From positions 1 through 60,946 of the forward strand of contig JANJSZ010000042.1 of the NCBI GenBank assembly GCA_024711405.1: DNA of 60,946 bases, in the 5' to 3' direction. Position 1 is the first letter of the stretch. Each line of letters begins with the position of its first letter. This stretch comes from Acidovorax sp. Lineage in GTDB: Bacteria > Pseudomonadota > Gammaproteobacteria > Burkholderiales > Burkholderiaceae_C. The translations under genes were made by a program, and so were the position numbers. Shown here one piece after another: positions 19,269-29,170 of this stretch. Below the pieces are notes generated by a model. The model did no database searches. It saw only the letters and a list, made by a program, of their open reading frames with translations, and was not told the origin of the DNA.

Positions 19269-19610
19269 ATGGTGGGCTTAATTACCCTATGCCTTATCGG
19301 CGGCGTGATTACCTGGTTCGGCATATATGTGGCCACGAGCCAAACGCAACCTTCTGGCCCCTGCGCCGCCAACTACACGTTGGAGTGCATGCGTGACAAC
19401 GACGGACGGTTTCTGGCCGAGGTTGTCCCGGAGCTGCCGGGAGCACGTGCCTTGGGAGCCACGGCTGAAGATGCCATGGCGAAGGCCCAGGCCGTAGCGT
19501 TGCGCGTTCTGGCCGAGCGGTTGGAGCAAGGCGAGGTCACGCCGCGCGCCATCCGCATCGAACTCCGCGTACCCGCAATGACGGTGGATGCCCCTGCCAC
19601 CCCAACGTAA
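19269..19610 (+). CDS. HicB-like protein with an N-terminal hydrophobic segment
   Basis: YTLEC.RD.DGRFLAEV.PELPG..A.GAT.EDAMAKAQA.ALRVLAERLE is a HicB core. Confidence 0.7.
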   Translation: MVGLITLCLIGGVITWFGIYVATSQTQPSGPCAANYTLECMRDNDGRFLAEVVPELPGARALGATAEDAMAKAQAVALRVLAERLEQGEVTPRAIRIELRVPAMTVDAPATPT

Positions 19611-19657
19611 ACATTACCCGAAGGCAAAGGCACAGATTCGAGCGCTCCTCATGTATG

Positions 19658-20434
19658 TCAACAGTCATCCGGCGATTCAATCATCCTAAGAAAAGACAAA
19701 TTGACGGTTTGGCCTATCCGATTGACATAGCGGCATGCGTCAACCTCAACGAGTGCTCGTGACTCCATGGATTCCAGGAGAATTTCATACAGAAATGGAT
19801 GCTCCAGCGGAAGCCAGTGAAGCTGGATCTGCTTGCTCTTGGTCTTCAGTTGTGATCGATGTTCCTTGGTCGGCTCAATAACAGCTTTCTCGCGACCTAC
19901 CATGTCTACACGAAAGCGAACGGAGACGGGGTCGGGAAGCATTGTTCTTCGCGATTGGTAGATTGAATCCACAGAGATAGTCACGCCATCGCTGGTCCGG
20001 AAGCTCGTGGTTTCTTCCCGGTCCGTAAGCAGGCGGATCAATGCTGGCGCAGTGGTGCGTATGGCATCAATGAAGTCATCAGGGCTCAAGCCCGTCGAGG
20101 TAGACAATGTTCTCAGGTGCTTCAATGCGTTAGTCGCTTGCATGACTGTTCCAGCGAGAAGCGGATCCTCGGTGGAGGATGCTGAGTAAGGCGCCTTTCT
20201 GTCCTCAAAGAGCCTGCGCTGAAGACTGTCACAGCAGGAAACCACTAACCACTGGTCAAGTTTGCACGGGTCTACCTCCAGAGAGTAGTACAGGCGGTCC
20301 TGTTCAGACAGCTGCCCCAAGACCGTGTTCATCGTGTTCTGCACGAGCATGATCTCCCGCTGCTCCTTGGCGGGATCTCTGGCCTTTTGCACCGAGTTGA
20401 TGAACACCCGAAATATTTCTTCGTGCTTACTCAT
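19658..20434 (-). CDS. Hypothetical protein, third gene of the twin-recombinase operon
   Basis: About 258 aa; start MSKHEE overlaps the upstream stop by 8 nt. Confidence 0.65.
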   Translation of the reverse strand: MSKHEEIFRVFINSVQKARDPAKEQREIMLVQNTMNTVLGQLSEQDRLYYSLEVDPCKLDQWLVVSCCDSLQRRLFEDRKAPYSASSTEDPLLAGTVMQATNALKHLRTLSTSTGLSPDDFIDAIRTTAPALIRLLTDREETTSFRTSDGVTISVDSIYQSRRTMLPDPVSVRFRVDMVGREKAVIEPTKEHRSQLKTKSKQIQLHWLPLEHPFLYEILLESMESRALVEVDACRYVNRIGQTVNLSFLRMIESPDDC

Positions 20435-23153
20435 GCGCATCCATTCCAATCATGCCGTGCCATACGGCCATGGAAAACATAAGGCCATGAAAAGATCCCA
20501 TGCGCAATCTGGCGGAAGGGCAAGGCTTGGATGTTTTGGTGAAAGGCTTTCTTGAGATCAGCATGTAGGGAGGTTGTTCGAGTTTCCGTTGGCGAACCCC
20601 TTCAATCGTGACGGAGGTCCCGAAGTACTGTCCTAGCTGATCTTGCGCACTTCTGGCTGAATCACTGCTCACAGTCGTAGCGCGAGAATGAGGATCAGCA
20701 ACATGCTTCATTGGAACTCGAAGGACAATGCAGCTGCCAGGAACGGAGCCGTCGCTCAGCCAACGCAAAAGGTCGTCGGCCGATCCATCGGGTCGCAATG
20801 CAATGCTTTGCCCATCGCGGCAGTGCATCCATGAGCGCACGGCATTGCGCTGTGCAAACGTAGGAGCAATGTTTTGAGGTGCCAACTTTTGCCAGGAAGG
20901 TTCATCGGTGACTGTCGGCCGAATATCGCAATCCATAAAGATCTGAAGTAGCCGTGCAAGTTTGATCACCCGCGTGGCATGTTCGAGGATCAGGCAGCGA
21001 CCACGGACACTTCCCAAGACAAGAAGCTGGTTGGCGATCAATACAGCACGATCGATCACTTCCAAGACGGTGGCCAAAGGGACACTGCAGCGAGAAGCCA
21101 CAGCCTCGACTGGTATGCCAGTGTGAAGGTCGCAGAGGATCTTGCGTACATGCATCAGGCCGATTGACGCTATTGGTGGCGGCGGCAACGCCGCCAGCAG
21201 AGATGGGGGCGGCGCTTGGCGTACAGCCAGCCCAGTGGATGTCTCGAAGAGACAAGACCACAAGAATTCCGCTTTGTTCTCACTGCGTTGTTTAGCCTTT
21301 CGCAATGCGGCAGCGGAACGTCCGGTCCAGAAGGCTGCGACTTCAGCGGTAAGTGGCCTCGTCTGCCAATAGCTGTTCAGAGAGCAGCGCAAGGCCATGT
21401 CGGGTCGGTGGAAATAGTGCTGCAGGGTTGTCGGAACTTGGGCATGTCCCACCTCAGCGGCAACTTTTTGCAACCAGGAAACGGGGCTTGGACGAGAAGA
21501 AGGCTGATCCAGCTGATGGATGATGTTGCGGTTGACCCATGCGTGCCGCAGCGTATGGAAGGAAACTGATTTGTCGCCGCAGACTTGCTTAAGAGCGCGG
21601 TTGACCAGTCGGCTGCAGGCGGAAAACATGTAGGTGCGATGGCTGCTGTGGGGATCTCCAAACAGCAGAGCAGACTTGCCATGTCTGCCCTCTTCTTCAC
21701 TCTTCCTGCGCTTGATCCAGCTGACTACGCACGCCACCCACGCCGGCTCGCCGAAGCTGCGCATCCATCGCTTCGCGCTGTAGCTTTTACCTTGATGCTG
21801 CCCTCGCCGAGGGTGGTATCGGAGTTCGATGCCTTCATCAGTGATGACGAAGTCCTCCAGGCGTAGGGCTTGTGCCTCGCCGATACGCAGGGGAAAAATA
21901 GCGGCAAGAGCCAGCAGCGCTTGCACACTGGCGCAGATGCGTGCATCGCTGCTGGCAGTGAGGGCAAGTTCCAGGGCCCTGTGGATTTCTTGGGACCAGA
22001 CCGTGTTGGCGTGCACTACCGTGGTGTTTCCGTCACCCGAAAAAAGTACCTGCGCCATCGGCGGGGCGCCAAATGTCTGGATGCAAAACTGATGGAAGGA
22101 GGCAAGGGCCGGGCGTTGTGGGTCGCTGTTAACGGCATGCTTCAGTGCATCGAAGAAGGCGATCCACTGTTCATCGTCCATGTGAACTGCAGAGCACGGG
22201 CATTGAGTGTAGTTTTCGGAGATGAGCCCCGCGGCAGCGCTGACGTAGCGAGAGATTGTTGCGACGGAAGGATTCTTCAGGCGCACGCTGCCAACGCTGA
22301 GCAGGTGGTGCACCCACAGCAGGACCAGCGCATCGCCTTCTGTGCCTTGGCGTGCAATCAAGTCGGCGGTCATGGCCAACCTGCTGTACAGGCTTGTTCG
22401 CCAATGCTGATCAGAAAGCCGGATGTCTGTTGCCTGGTTGGGTAGAGTAAACAGGTCTTGAATCTCCTTCAGGCACCGAGCGCGGCGGTTGATGGGCGCC
22501 TCCATCTCAAGGAGTATTTCCAATGCTCCGTCGTGGGAGGGACTGAGAGCATCGTCATCTGCAGCATCCCGCGTTTCCCAGTGCACGTCCTTTTGTCGTA
22601 GGTTCCATCGCGTAAGCACATCGCGGGGCAGTGCCGTGATGGGAATACTGCCCGTGAGCATCCCCAGACAAAAATTGGGGATGTGCTGATGTAGCCAGGC
22701 CAGCGCGTCGTGGAAGATGAGATGCCAGAGGTCCTTGCCCATCTGGGATTGGGCCATTGGGTAGTTCTTCAGCAATACTTGATGGAAGGAGTCCAGGTCC
22801 TTCTTGGGCAACGTTCCACTGGGGACTCGGAACAATGCGATGCGCGTGCGTGGATCGAGCGCCCGGCTATGCAGACGGTCCTGTTCATCGGACCATTGGA
22901 CGTAGTGGCCGTCACAGGTGGAGTGCGATGACACCAAGGCATGAAGGAAGTTCGATAGCTCTGCGGATGAGCCCATGCCTTCGTAGAGGATGGCGCACAA
23001 GATCAGGGCATGCGAAGGCGCGAGTTGGGTCACCAGCCGGTCGGCCGATCGAATAAAGCTGTCGAAGCGAGCGACCCCGCCGGGAGCGCTGAAGGCCGGA
23101 ATCAGGACTGGATTTCGTTTTGTTGTTGTCCAGGGTTGTGACAGAGATGTCAT
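20427..23153 (-). CDS. Large (908 aa) tyrosine recombinase
   Basis: PLRIGE (R), GKS..AKR (K), FHTLRH (HxxR), VGH, TTLQHYFH (Y); catalytic domain central, long N- and C-terminal extensions. Confidence 0.85.
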   Translation of the reverse strand: MTSLSQPWTTTKRNPVLIPAFSAPGGVARFDSFIRSADRLVTQLAPSHALILCAILYEGMGSSAELSNFLHALVSSHSTCDGHYVQWSDEQDRLHSRALDPRTRIALFRVPSGTLPKKDLDSFHQVLLKNYPMAQSQMGKDLWHLIFHDALAWLHQHIPNFCLGMLTGSIPITALPRDVLTRWNLRQKDVHWETRDAADDDALSPSHDGALEILLEMEAPINRRARCLKEIQDLFTLPNQATDIRLSDQHWRTSLYSRLAMTADLIARQGTEGDALVLLWVHHLLSVGSVRLKNPSVATISRYVSAAAGLISENYTQCPCSAVHMDDEQWIAFFDALKHAVNSDPQRPALASFHQFCIQTFGAPPMAQVLFSGDGNTTVVHANTVWSQEIHRALELALTASSDARICASVQALLALAAIFPLRIGEAQALRLEDFVITDEGIELRYHPRRGQHQGKSYSAKRWMRSFGEPAWVACVVSWIKRRKSEEEGRHGKSALLFGDPHSSHRTYMFSACSRLVNRALKQVCGDKSVSFHTLRHAWVNRNIIHQLDQPSSRPSPVSWLQKVAAEVGHAQVPTTLQHYFHRPDMALRCSLNSYWQTRPLTAEVAAFWTGRSAAALRKAKQRSENKAEFLWSCLFETSTGLAVRQAPPPSLLAALPPPPIASIGLMHVRKILCDLHTGIPVEAVASRCSVPLATVLEVIDRAVLIANQLLVLGSVRGRCLILEHATRVIKLARLLQIFMDCDIRPTVTDEPSWQKLAPQNIAPTFAQRNAVRSWMHCRDGQSIALRPDGSADDLLRWLSDGSVPGSCIVLRVPMKHVADPHSRATTVSSDSARSAQDQLGQYFGTSVTIEGVRQRKLEQPPYMLISRKPFTKTSKPCPSARLRMGSFHGLMFSMAVWHGMIGMDAHE

Positions 23154-25180
23154 GGAGCGATTTCCTTGCTCAGGCCGGACCTGGGTCGGATGTTCAGCTC
23201 CAGTAGCACTTGGTCGATGCCTGAAATAAGGCGTTCGGTGCTGTGGTACTTGACGCGGTTGGAGTTCAGTTCGTGCGTTGAGATTCCCGGCGAGAAATGG
23301 CGGAGCCAGTCTTGGATATCCTCGAATGGCATGCCCGCATCCAGCAAAAGATCCGGCAGAGAATGGCGACCAAAGTCCCGGTTGAGCTGGCTGGCTGGGC
23401 CCGTGAAAAGGACATCTGAGCTCAAGGGGACGGGGGCGCCATGCGTGTCCAGCAAAAAAAGCATGGGCAAGTTCTGGAGTTCCCTGATCTGGCGGATGAG
23501 TTGAAAGGCGGCCGAAGAGCCGGGGGCTTGCAATTTCAATAGCCGCTTATCCAGCGCGGCGATGTGCGCGTGCCAAAGCTTGAGCTGCTCGGAGAGCGCT
23601 GCTGGGATGGGGATCGGTGTCGTGCCTCGCGTGGCACTCAAGGGCTTGTCTTCCATCAAGCCGAAGGTCGTGGTGCTGCTCCAAACGCTCGCACGAAAGT
23701 CGATAAGGCGGCGGTCGCGGCCTCCAACGACAAACTGCATCAAGAGGCCGACGTAGCGCGCACACGCGTTGTGGTGCTCGATCAATGATGGCAACGAGTA
23801 CCTGCGACCACACTTTTTCGCGAGCAGTTCATCGCCAGCGCTTGCAAATACTTCTTTGATCCAATCCGCCGATGGTGTCAGGCGGGAGCCGATGCGGACG
23901 TTGGAGTTGCCACCACTTTGCGGTACTGCTGGCCCCAGGCCGACGGCGTCATAGAAGTCGGAGCAGGCCTGCCAGATCTCGCGCTCGCGTGGGCAGACGT
24001 AATGGAGATCGGATTTGTTTACCAGTTCAAGGGCAAGAGTCGCGTAGGCAGAGATATCACGCCTGTCGGTGGTCTCTAATGAAATCGATCGCGCGGAGTT
24101 CATCAGTCCGGCCAACGAAGCGCTGTGATGAACCCCCAGCAACGAGATTTTTTTGCGGCTGGTTGGTTTGTTAATGCACAGATCGGCGAGCGTGCGCAAC
24201 TGGCTGTTTTGCGTGTGAGCCTCTCGCAGCATGGTGGCAACACCCTGCGGCAGGGGGCGCTTCAGGATCAGCGTGGACGCTTGATGCCGCGGGCTTGAAC
24301 GTTTACCAAGACCTGCCAGTGCGAATGACAAGTCCACGTATGTTGAGCCTGCAACCGGATCGATCCAGGCCATCCAGCCTTGTCCGCTTTCGCCCGAAAC
24401 CAGTGGTATTCGCTTGCCGAGGTTTAGGCCGAGGCCAACGCATAGGCAGATGAGGGTGACCAGGTCATCAGAGTGACCCTGCTGTGCGTGGTCGAGAAGA
24501 AGGACGACGGTGCGTGTGAGCTCGTTGCGGCGGAGTGTTTGGCCGGTATCTACGGCCTGGCGCTCGGTTTGACGTAGGGAGCTCAGTCGATTGGAAAGGC
24601 AGGAGGTCACCGCTGCGTTAAATGACAGTTGCGCGCTGTTCGTGGAGCAGGAGTTCAACGCCAGCAACTGCAGGAGCTTTTGATGTGCTTGCCCTTCAAG
24701 CTTGGTGACCTCCGCTTCGAACTGCTGGTTTGTCAGGATCTCGTCGTGAGATTGTTTGATGAGCTTGCGCAGTTTTTGAACGAAGCTCTTTTCTATGGAG
24801 GCTTCTTTCAGGAGGGCCGCGGCCAAATGCTTGCCGACCAAGCTCTGGAGTCGATGCGCGCAAGGAAAACTGGCCGATACGAACCAAGCCCAGGCTGGGT
24901 AATCGCTCGCGAGGCCGAGCATTGCATTCGGATGAGCAATGCAGGCGCCTGAATCGTCGCTCAACTTGTTGAGCAGCGAGATATGTTGCGCGAGATGAGA
25001 TCCGGCAGCGGGAACTTCGATCAGCAGTGCCGTCAGGCAGGTCAAGGCATTTTTAGCGACTAAGCCGATGCCCGGTTGATGCGGTGGCGCCGGAATGATG
25101 CTCAAAAGCAGTCGCGCAGCATCAGGCCCCTCCACGGCAACGGAGGTTTGAGCGAAAACGAAGGACGCCGGAATAGTCAT
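23150..25180 (-). CDS. Large (~676 aa) degenerate tyrosine-recombinase-like protein
   Basis: Start MTIPAS with RBS GGAG; C-terminal GGR...EDK...DFGRH...WLRH spacing mimics R-K-xxxRH-H; no clear catalytic Tyr; ATGA-coupled to the next gene. Confidence 0.65.
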   Translation of the reverse strand: MTIPASFVFAQTSVAVEGPDAARLLLSIIPAPPHQPGIGLVAKNALTCLTALLIEVPAAGSHLAQHISLLNKLSDDSGACIAHPNAMLGLASDYPAWAWFVSASFPCAHRLQSLVGKHLAAALLKEASIEKSFVQKLRKLIKQSHDEILTNQQFEAEVTKLEGQAHQKLLQLLALNSCSTNSAQLSFNAAVTSCLSNRLSSLRQTERQAVDTGQTLRRNELTRTVVLLLDHAQQGHSDDLVTLICLCVGLGLNLGKRIPLVSGESGQGWMAWIDPVAGSTYVDLSFALAGLGKRSSPRHQASTLILKRPLPQGVATMLREAHTQNSQLRTLADLCINKPTSRKKISLLGVHHSASLAGLMNSARSISLETTDRRDISAYATLALELVNKSDLHYVCPREREIWQACSDFYDAVGLGPAVPQSGGNSNVRIGSRLTPSADWIKEVFASAGDELLAKKCGRRYSLPSLIEHHNACARYVGLLMQFVVGGRDRRLIDFRASVWSSTTTFGLMEDKPLSATRGTTPIPIPAALSEQLKLWHAHIAALDKRLLKLQAPGSSAAFQLIRQIRELQNLPMLFLLDTHGAPVPLSSDVLFTGPASQLNRDFGRHSLPDLLLDAGMPFEDIQDWLRHFSPGISTHELNSNRVKYHSTERLISGIDQVLLELNIRPRSGLSKEIAP

Positions 25181-25804
25181 AGCAACTCCATAGAAAAAGC
25201 CGGGCCGAGAAAGGGGGGAAGGGCCATGTAGGCGCGCGCGGATGCACCTCGATCGGCGCCAGCCGAGGTGTCGGGCATCAAGGGGGGCGGCGTGACGCCG
25301 CTCGTGATGTGGCTGCGCCGGCCCGAACGTGGTACGCGTCAGGCGGGCAGCATTGAAGGGGCGCGCGTGAGCGCGCCGCATTGATAGCCCCTAATCAGGG
25401 CAACTTTTGGGGCTTGGCTTTGCTGGCCTAATTTCCGGACATCGGAGATCGTTCAGTCGAACGCCCTCCACTGAGGTACAGGACGACCTCAAAGAGACTT
25501 TTGGCAAAAAAGCCATCGCGAGCAAAAGCCCACGAAATTTTTATCTGGGCAAGCAGAAATATCCGGCCTAGGGGCCTTTTGCTGGGATCGGGCCCAGCTT
25601 GTTCAGGGGCCCGCAAGTATTTTTGGTGCGGCGGGCTCACACCAGCAGGCCATAAAGCTAGCTCGCGCTAATCTAGCGGAGCTGATGGCTCTTTGTCAAT
25701 GCCCATTGAGCGCGTCCGATCAGAAGCTGACTGCCCGGTAACTTTATGCATGTGATCAGCAACTGGTCGATGGGACAAGAGGGCTGTTCCCTTCTGCCCT
25801 GTAT

Positions 25805-26989
25805 TCAATCATCATCAAGGGGCAGCACGCCCTGTGGCGGTGTGGGTGGCCACTTTCCTGCGCCGCCGCGCTTTTCAAACCAGCGGTGCATGGCCACGTC
25901 TTCTAGCGCGTATTCACCGCGGGCCGACTTCCATACCAACGCGGGCATACGCTGTCGCAAACCCTCCAGCGCCCGCTGAACTTGGGTAGCGTTTACTGGG
26001 TGGCCAGTTCTTTCCCGGTAAAAGCGCAGTGCTTCGGCATCGTAAGGGCGGTATCGTGAACCTTGCGTCAGCATGCGCCACAGCACGGCCTGCTCGGTGG
26101 GCTTCAGCCCCAGGTAGTCCGACTCCATCTGCGCTTCGTCGTGGGTTTGTTGTTGTTGAGCCGCATCCAGCAATGCCGATTCAAAGCGCCCGGTCAGGGC
26201 AGCGAGGGGACTGAGCACCTGGCCCAATGCGGCCATGAAAAATTGCGGACGGAAGCCGAACACTTCAAATGCCTGTTGCAGCAGGGTCTGATCCACCGGT
26301 TTGAGTTCGGGCCGCTGCGCCTCGATCAACGCTGCTATGTGGGCAATGAAGTCAGGCCCCAGGGGCGGCATGCGCTGAATCTGTGAGCCGTAAAACGGTG
26401 CACCGGCCGTGTTGACCAAGCGCAGCAATTTGTCGCGGTCTGAGCCTGACATCACCAGCATCAGGTTCACCACGCCGGGCTGATTGAGTTGGTCGCGGGC
26501 TGATTTCAAGGCAGTCATGGCTGCCTCGCCGGCTTCGCTGGTAAGGGCGTGCTGCGCTTCGTCGATGATCAGCGCGATCGGCTTGCCGGCGTGGTCATGC
26601 AGCAGGCGCAGCGCATCGGTCAGGGTGAGTCCATCGATCTTGCCGATCTTGCTGGTGTCCACCTCTAGCCCGCCCACCTTCACCTTGTCCAACCCCGCCT
26701 TGCGGGCGGTTCGGGCCACAATGCCCAATTGGGGTTCCAACGCGCGAGCAATGGCTTCGGCGATCAGTCCACCCGGGTCACGTCGCGTATCGGCCCACAG
26801 ATCCACATACACCACGACCACATCGGCTGCTTCCAGCGCGGGTCGTAAGTCACCTTGCAAAAAGGTGGACTTGCCGGTGCGGCGGGGGGCGGCCAAGAAC
26901 AGGCCGTTGTGGGCGTCTCCCAGCAGGGCTTTGCCTTGCAGGGCGGCGACTAACTCTTGGGCGAGTGCGGCGCGTGGGAAAGCGATCAT
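25805..26989 (-). CDS. Stand-alone AAA+/P-loop ATPase with a C-terminal winged-helix-like region
   Basis: APRRTGKST (Walker A), LIIDEAQH (Walker B), MSGS; VQRALEGL...LVWKSARGEYALED tail. Confidence 0.85.
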   Translation of the reverse strand: MIAFPRAALAQELVAALQGKALLGDAHNGLFLAAPRRTGKSTFLQGDLRPALEAADVVVVYVDLWADTRRDPGGLIAEAIARALEPQLGIVARTARKAGLDKVKVGGLEVDTSKIGKIDGLTLTDALRLLHDHAGKPIALIIDEAQHALTSEAGEAAMTALKSARDQLNQPGVVNLMLVMSGSDRDKLLRLVNTAGAPFYGSQIQRMPPLGPDFIAHIAALIEAQRPELKPVDQTLLQQAFEVFGFRPQFFMAALGQVLSPLAALTGRFESALLDAAQQQQTHDEAQMESDYLGLKPTEQAVLWRMLTQGSRYRPYDAEALRFYRERTGHPVNATQVQRALEGLRQRMPALVWKSARGEYALEDVAMHRWFEKRGGAGKWPPTPPQGVLPLDDD

Positions 26990-27019
26990 GTCAATTATCG
27001 GAAATTATCTTGAAAAAGA

Positions 27020-27045
27020 TATTTTATCGTATTTTCGATAAAATA
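27020..27045. promoter_or_regulatory. Perfect 10-bp inverted repeat upstream of the ATPase (putative operator)
   Basis: TATTTTATCG-N6-CGATAAAATA in an AT-rich tract with extra TTATC copies. Confidence 0.6.
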
Positions 27046-27152
27046 GCATAATTAACGGTGTTCTTACAGTGGCTTTGTTGCACAAGCCCAATTGTGCGAA
27101 CTGGTATCAGCGCACCGGCGAAGGGCGCAATGAGCGAGTGGCGCTTGCATTT

Positions 27153-27227
27153 GAAGGCTGCTTCAGGCTGATTGCTGTCGTTCAAACTGAGCGATTGGAT
27201 GTCCGCTAAAGCGGATGCCGGACATTG
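27153..27227. repeat. Two adjacent copies of the junction repeat family
   Basis: 27158-27180 is an inverted match to 7138-7160; 27156-27170 is identical to 40315-40329; ATGTCCG-N13-CGGACAT at 27199-27225. Confidence 0.6.
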
Positions 27228-27397
27228 CCAAGTCACCGACCTCCTGGGCGGTGTAATCCCGGGTGAGAAGCTGTTCAGCCGTGACCTCGCCATGGACCGA
27301 TCACTTGCGAAACCTGTCCGTTTGGCATGGAATTCGGATGTAACCATTCCAGTATCGCTATGATCGCGATCAATTCTCAATAGCCATTTCGTACTTC

Positions 27398-27754
27398 ATG
27401 CGCCGACTGCTCGCAGTCATCCTGTTGCTCTCCTTCTTCTGCCAGGCCTTCGCAACGGCCCGTCAGGTGGTCGCGTTCGACCATGAGGGAGCATTCCAGG
27501 TGGTGCACGCTGAGATGCATTTGGACGGTGCCGCGCACCACCATGACGAACACGGTGTGATGCACCAAGACGATTCCCAGGAGTCGATCCAGCACATGCT
27601 CGCGGAAGCAGGCCCAGGAACCGTAGCACTTCTCCATTTCCCCTTGCTGTCGCATTCTCTCGACCGCTCGCCAGCCCCAGCAGTGACCGACGAAACCGTG
27701 AGCCCGTCACCCTATCTGGACGGTTTGCGACGACCTCCCAGACGGTTTTCCTGA
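27398..27754 (+). CDS. CzcI-like His-rich periplasmic protein
   Basis: Signal peptide, HHHDEHG, C-terminal LRRPPR; first gene of the HME-RND cluster. Confidence 0.7.
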   Translation: MRRLLAVILLLSFFCQAFATARQVVAFDHEGAFQVVHAEMHLDGAAHHHDEHGVMHQDDSQESIQHMLAEAGPGTVALLHFPLLSHSLDRSPAPAVTDETVSPSPYLDGLRRPPRRFS

Positions 27755-27767
27755 TCCACCCTTAGCG

Positions 27768-27792
27768 CCCCGCTTTTCACACGAAAGCGGGG
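27768..27792 (+). terminator. GC-rich hairpin after the czcI-like gene (terminator/attenuator or mRNA-stabilising stem)
   Basis: CCCCGCTTT-N7-AAAGCGGGG followed by TTGTT. Confidence 0.5.
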
Positions 27793-27877
27793 TTGTTCAT
27801 CGGTGCGGCAGTCCTTTTGATCAGGCGCTGACGCGCCAAAGATCCCGGATTGCTGCCTTTGATCGGTCAGGAATCAC

Positions 27878-29170
27878 GTGAGTTTTGTTATTTCCAGGCT
27901 TGCGGTGCGTTGCGCCACAGGCTGCGCGTTGAGCTGCGCCCTCGTCGGCGCTGCGCTTGCGCAGTCCAACACCGCCCCTTCACTTTCTGCCACGGCATCT
28001 CCTGTGGCTCCGACACTTGCACAAGCTGTGGATGCCGCATGGCAGCGTGCTACGCAGGCTAGAGAAGCTGAAGGTCAGACGCAGCGGGTTGCTGCCGAAC
28101 GGGTGGCGATCTCCAGCCCGTGGGCGGCGCCCCCAGCACTGGAGTTGTCCTACAGGGACGACCGCTGGCAAACATCGGCTGGACGCCGGGAGACTGAGGC
28201 TGGCCTGGCCTGGCCGCTATGGCTGCCTGGCCAGCGCAGCGCACGCGGCGCTGCTGTGGATGCCGATGTAGAGCTATCACAGGCTGCCGTTCAAGCGGGG
28301 CGCCTGCATTTCGCGGGCCTGGTGCGGGAAGCCGCCTGGGGCATTGCCGCGCAAAAGGCCGAGGTCGACCTGGCTGACGCCCAAGTGCGATCTCTGCAGG
28401 AGATATCCGATGACGTGCGCCGCCGTGTCAAAGCGGGTGATCTGGCCCATGCGGATGCGCTTGCCGCTCAATCCGAAGCGCTGGCTGCGCAATCTGCACA
28501 GATGGCTGCACGGCAGCGTCTGAGCGCCAGCCTGTCTCAATGGACAACCCTGACGGGCATAGCCCTGGCGCCTGATCTCACGGCTGCCCCGGTTGTTGAT
28601 GGTGCTGCAGTTTCACCAGGCGGGGCTCACTTCACCGTTGAAACCCACCCCGATGCGCGTGTCGCTGCGCTGACGGTTGAGCGCGCTCGCAAGCGGCTGG
28701 ACGTGGTGGCCGTCACAAGGCGCGACCCACCTGAACTGCTCCTTCGTATCCGGCAAGACATGCCGGGTAGGGGTGAGTCGGCTCAAAACAGCATCGGCGT
28801 AGGTGTGCGCATTCCCCTGGGCACAGCGAGCCGCAACCAGCCGCTGCAAGCTGCCGCACTGAGTGAGCTGGATGTAGCGCTGACCACGAAACAGCGAACC
28901 GAGGAGCGGCTGGCTGCTGACGCCGCGATGGCGCAGTCTGCGGTGCACACGGCAGAGCAGCAACTGGAAGCGGAGCGCCAGCGCTCGGCACTCCTGCGGG
29001 AGCGTGCCACGCTCATTGAACGATCTTTCAAGGCGGGTGAAACACCGCTGCCGGAGTTGTTGCGCGCTCTAGCCGCAGCCTCCCAAGCCGACACCAGCTT
29101 CGCACGCCAGCAAGTGGCCCTGGGCCTGGCCCGCGCCCGCTTTCAGCAATCTCACGGAATCCTTCCATGA
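27878..29170 (+). CDS. Outer-membrane factor (TolC/CzcC-like)
   Basis: Signal peptide, alanine-rich coiled-coil repeats, R.KAGD and FKAGE motifs; upstream of MFP and RND genes. Confidence 0.88.
   Translation: MSFVISRLAVRCATGCALSCALVGAALAQSNTAPSLSATASPVAPTLAQAVDAAWQRATQAREAEGQTQRVAAERVAISSPWAAPPALELSYRDDRWQTSAGRRETEAGLAWPLWLPGQRSARGAAVDADVELSQAAVQAGRLHFAGLVREAAWGIAAQKAEVDLADAQVRSLQEISDDVRRRVKAGDLAHADALAAQSEALAAQSAQMAARQRLSASLSQWTTLTGIALAPDLTAAPVVDGAAVSPGGAHFTVETHPDARVAALTVERARKRLDVVAVTRRDPPELLLRIRQDMPGRGESAQNSIGVGVRIPLGTASRNQPLQAAALSELDVALTTKQRTEERLAADAAMAQSAVHTAEQQLEAERQRSALLRERATLIERSFKAGETPLPELLRALAAASQADTSFARQQVALGLARARFQQSHGILP

Noticed and set aside
25181-25381. N-terminal extension of the 743-aa ORF (similarly 1990-2058, 4298-4528, 11044-11211, 37887-37955, 51472-51612)
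   Set aside because: Better starts with an RBS, stop/start coupling or family-typical N-termini lie downstream.
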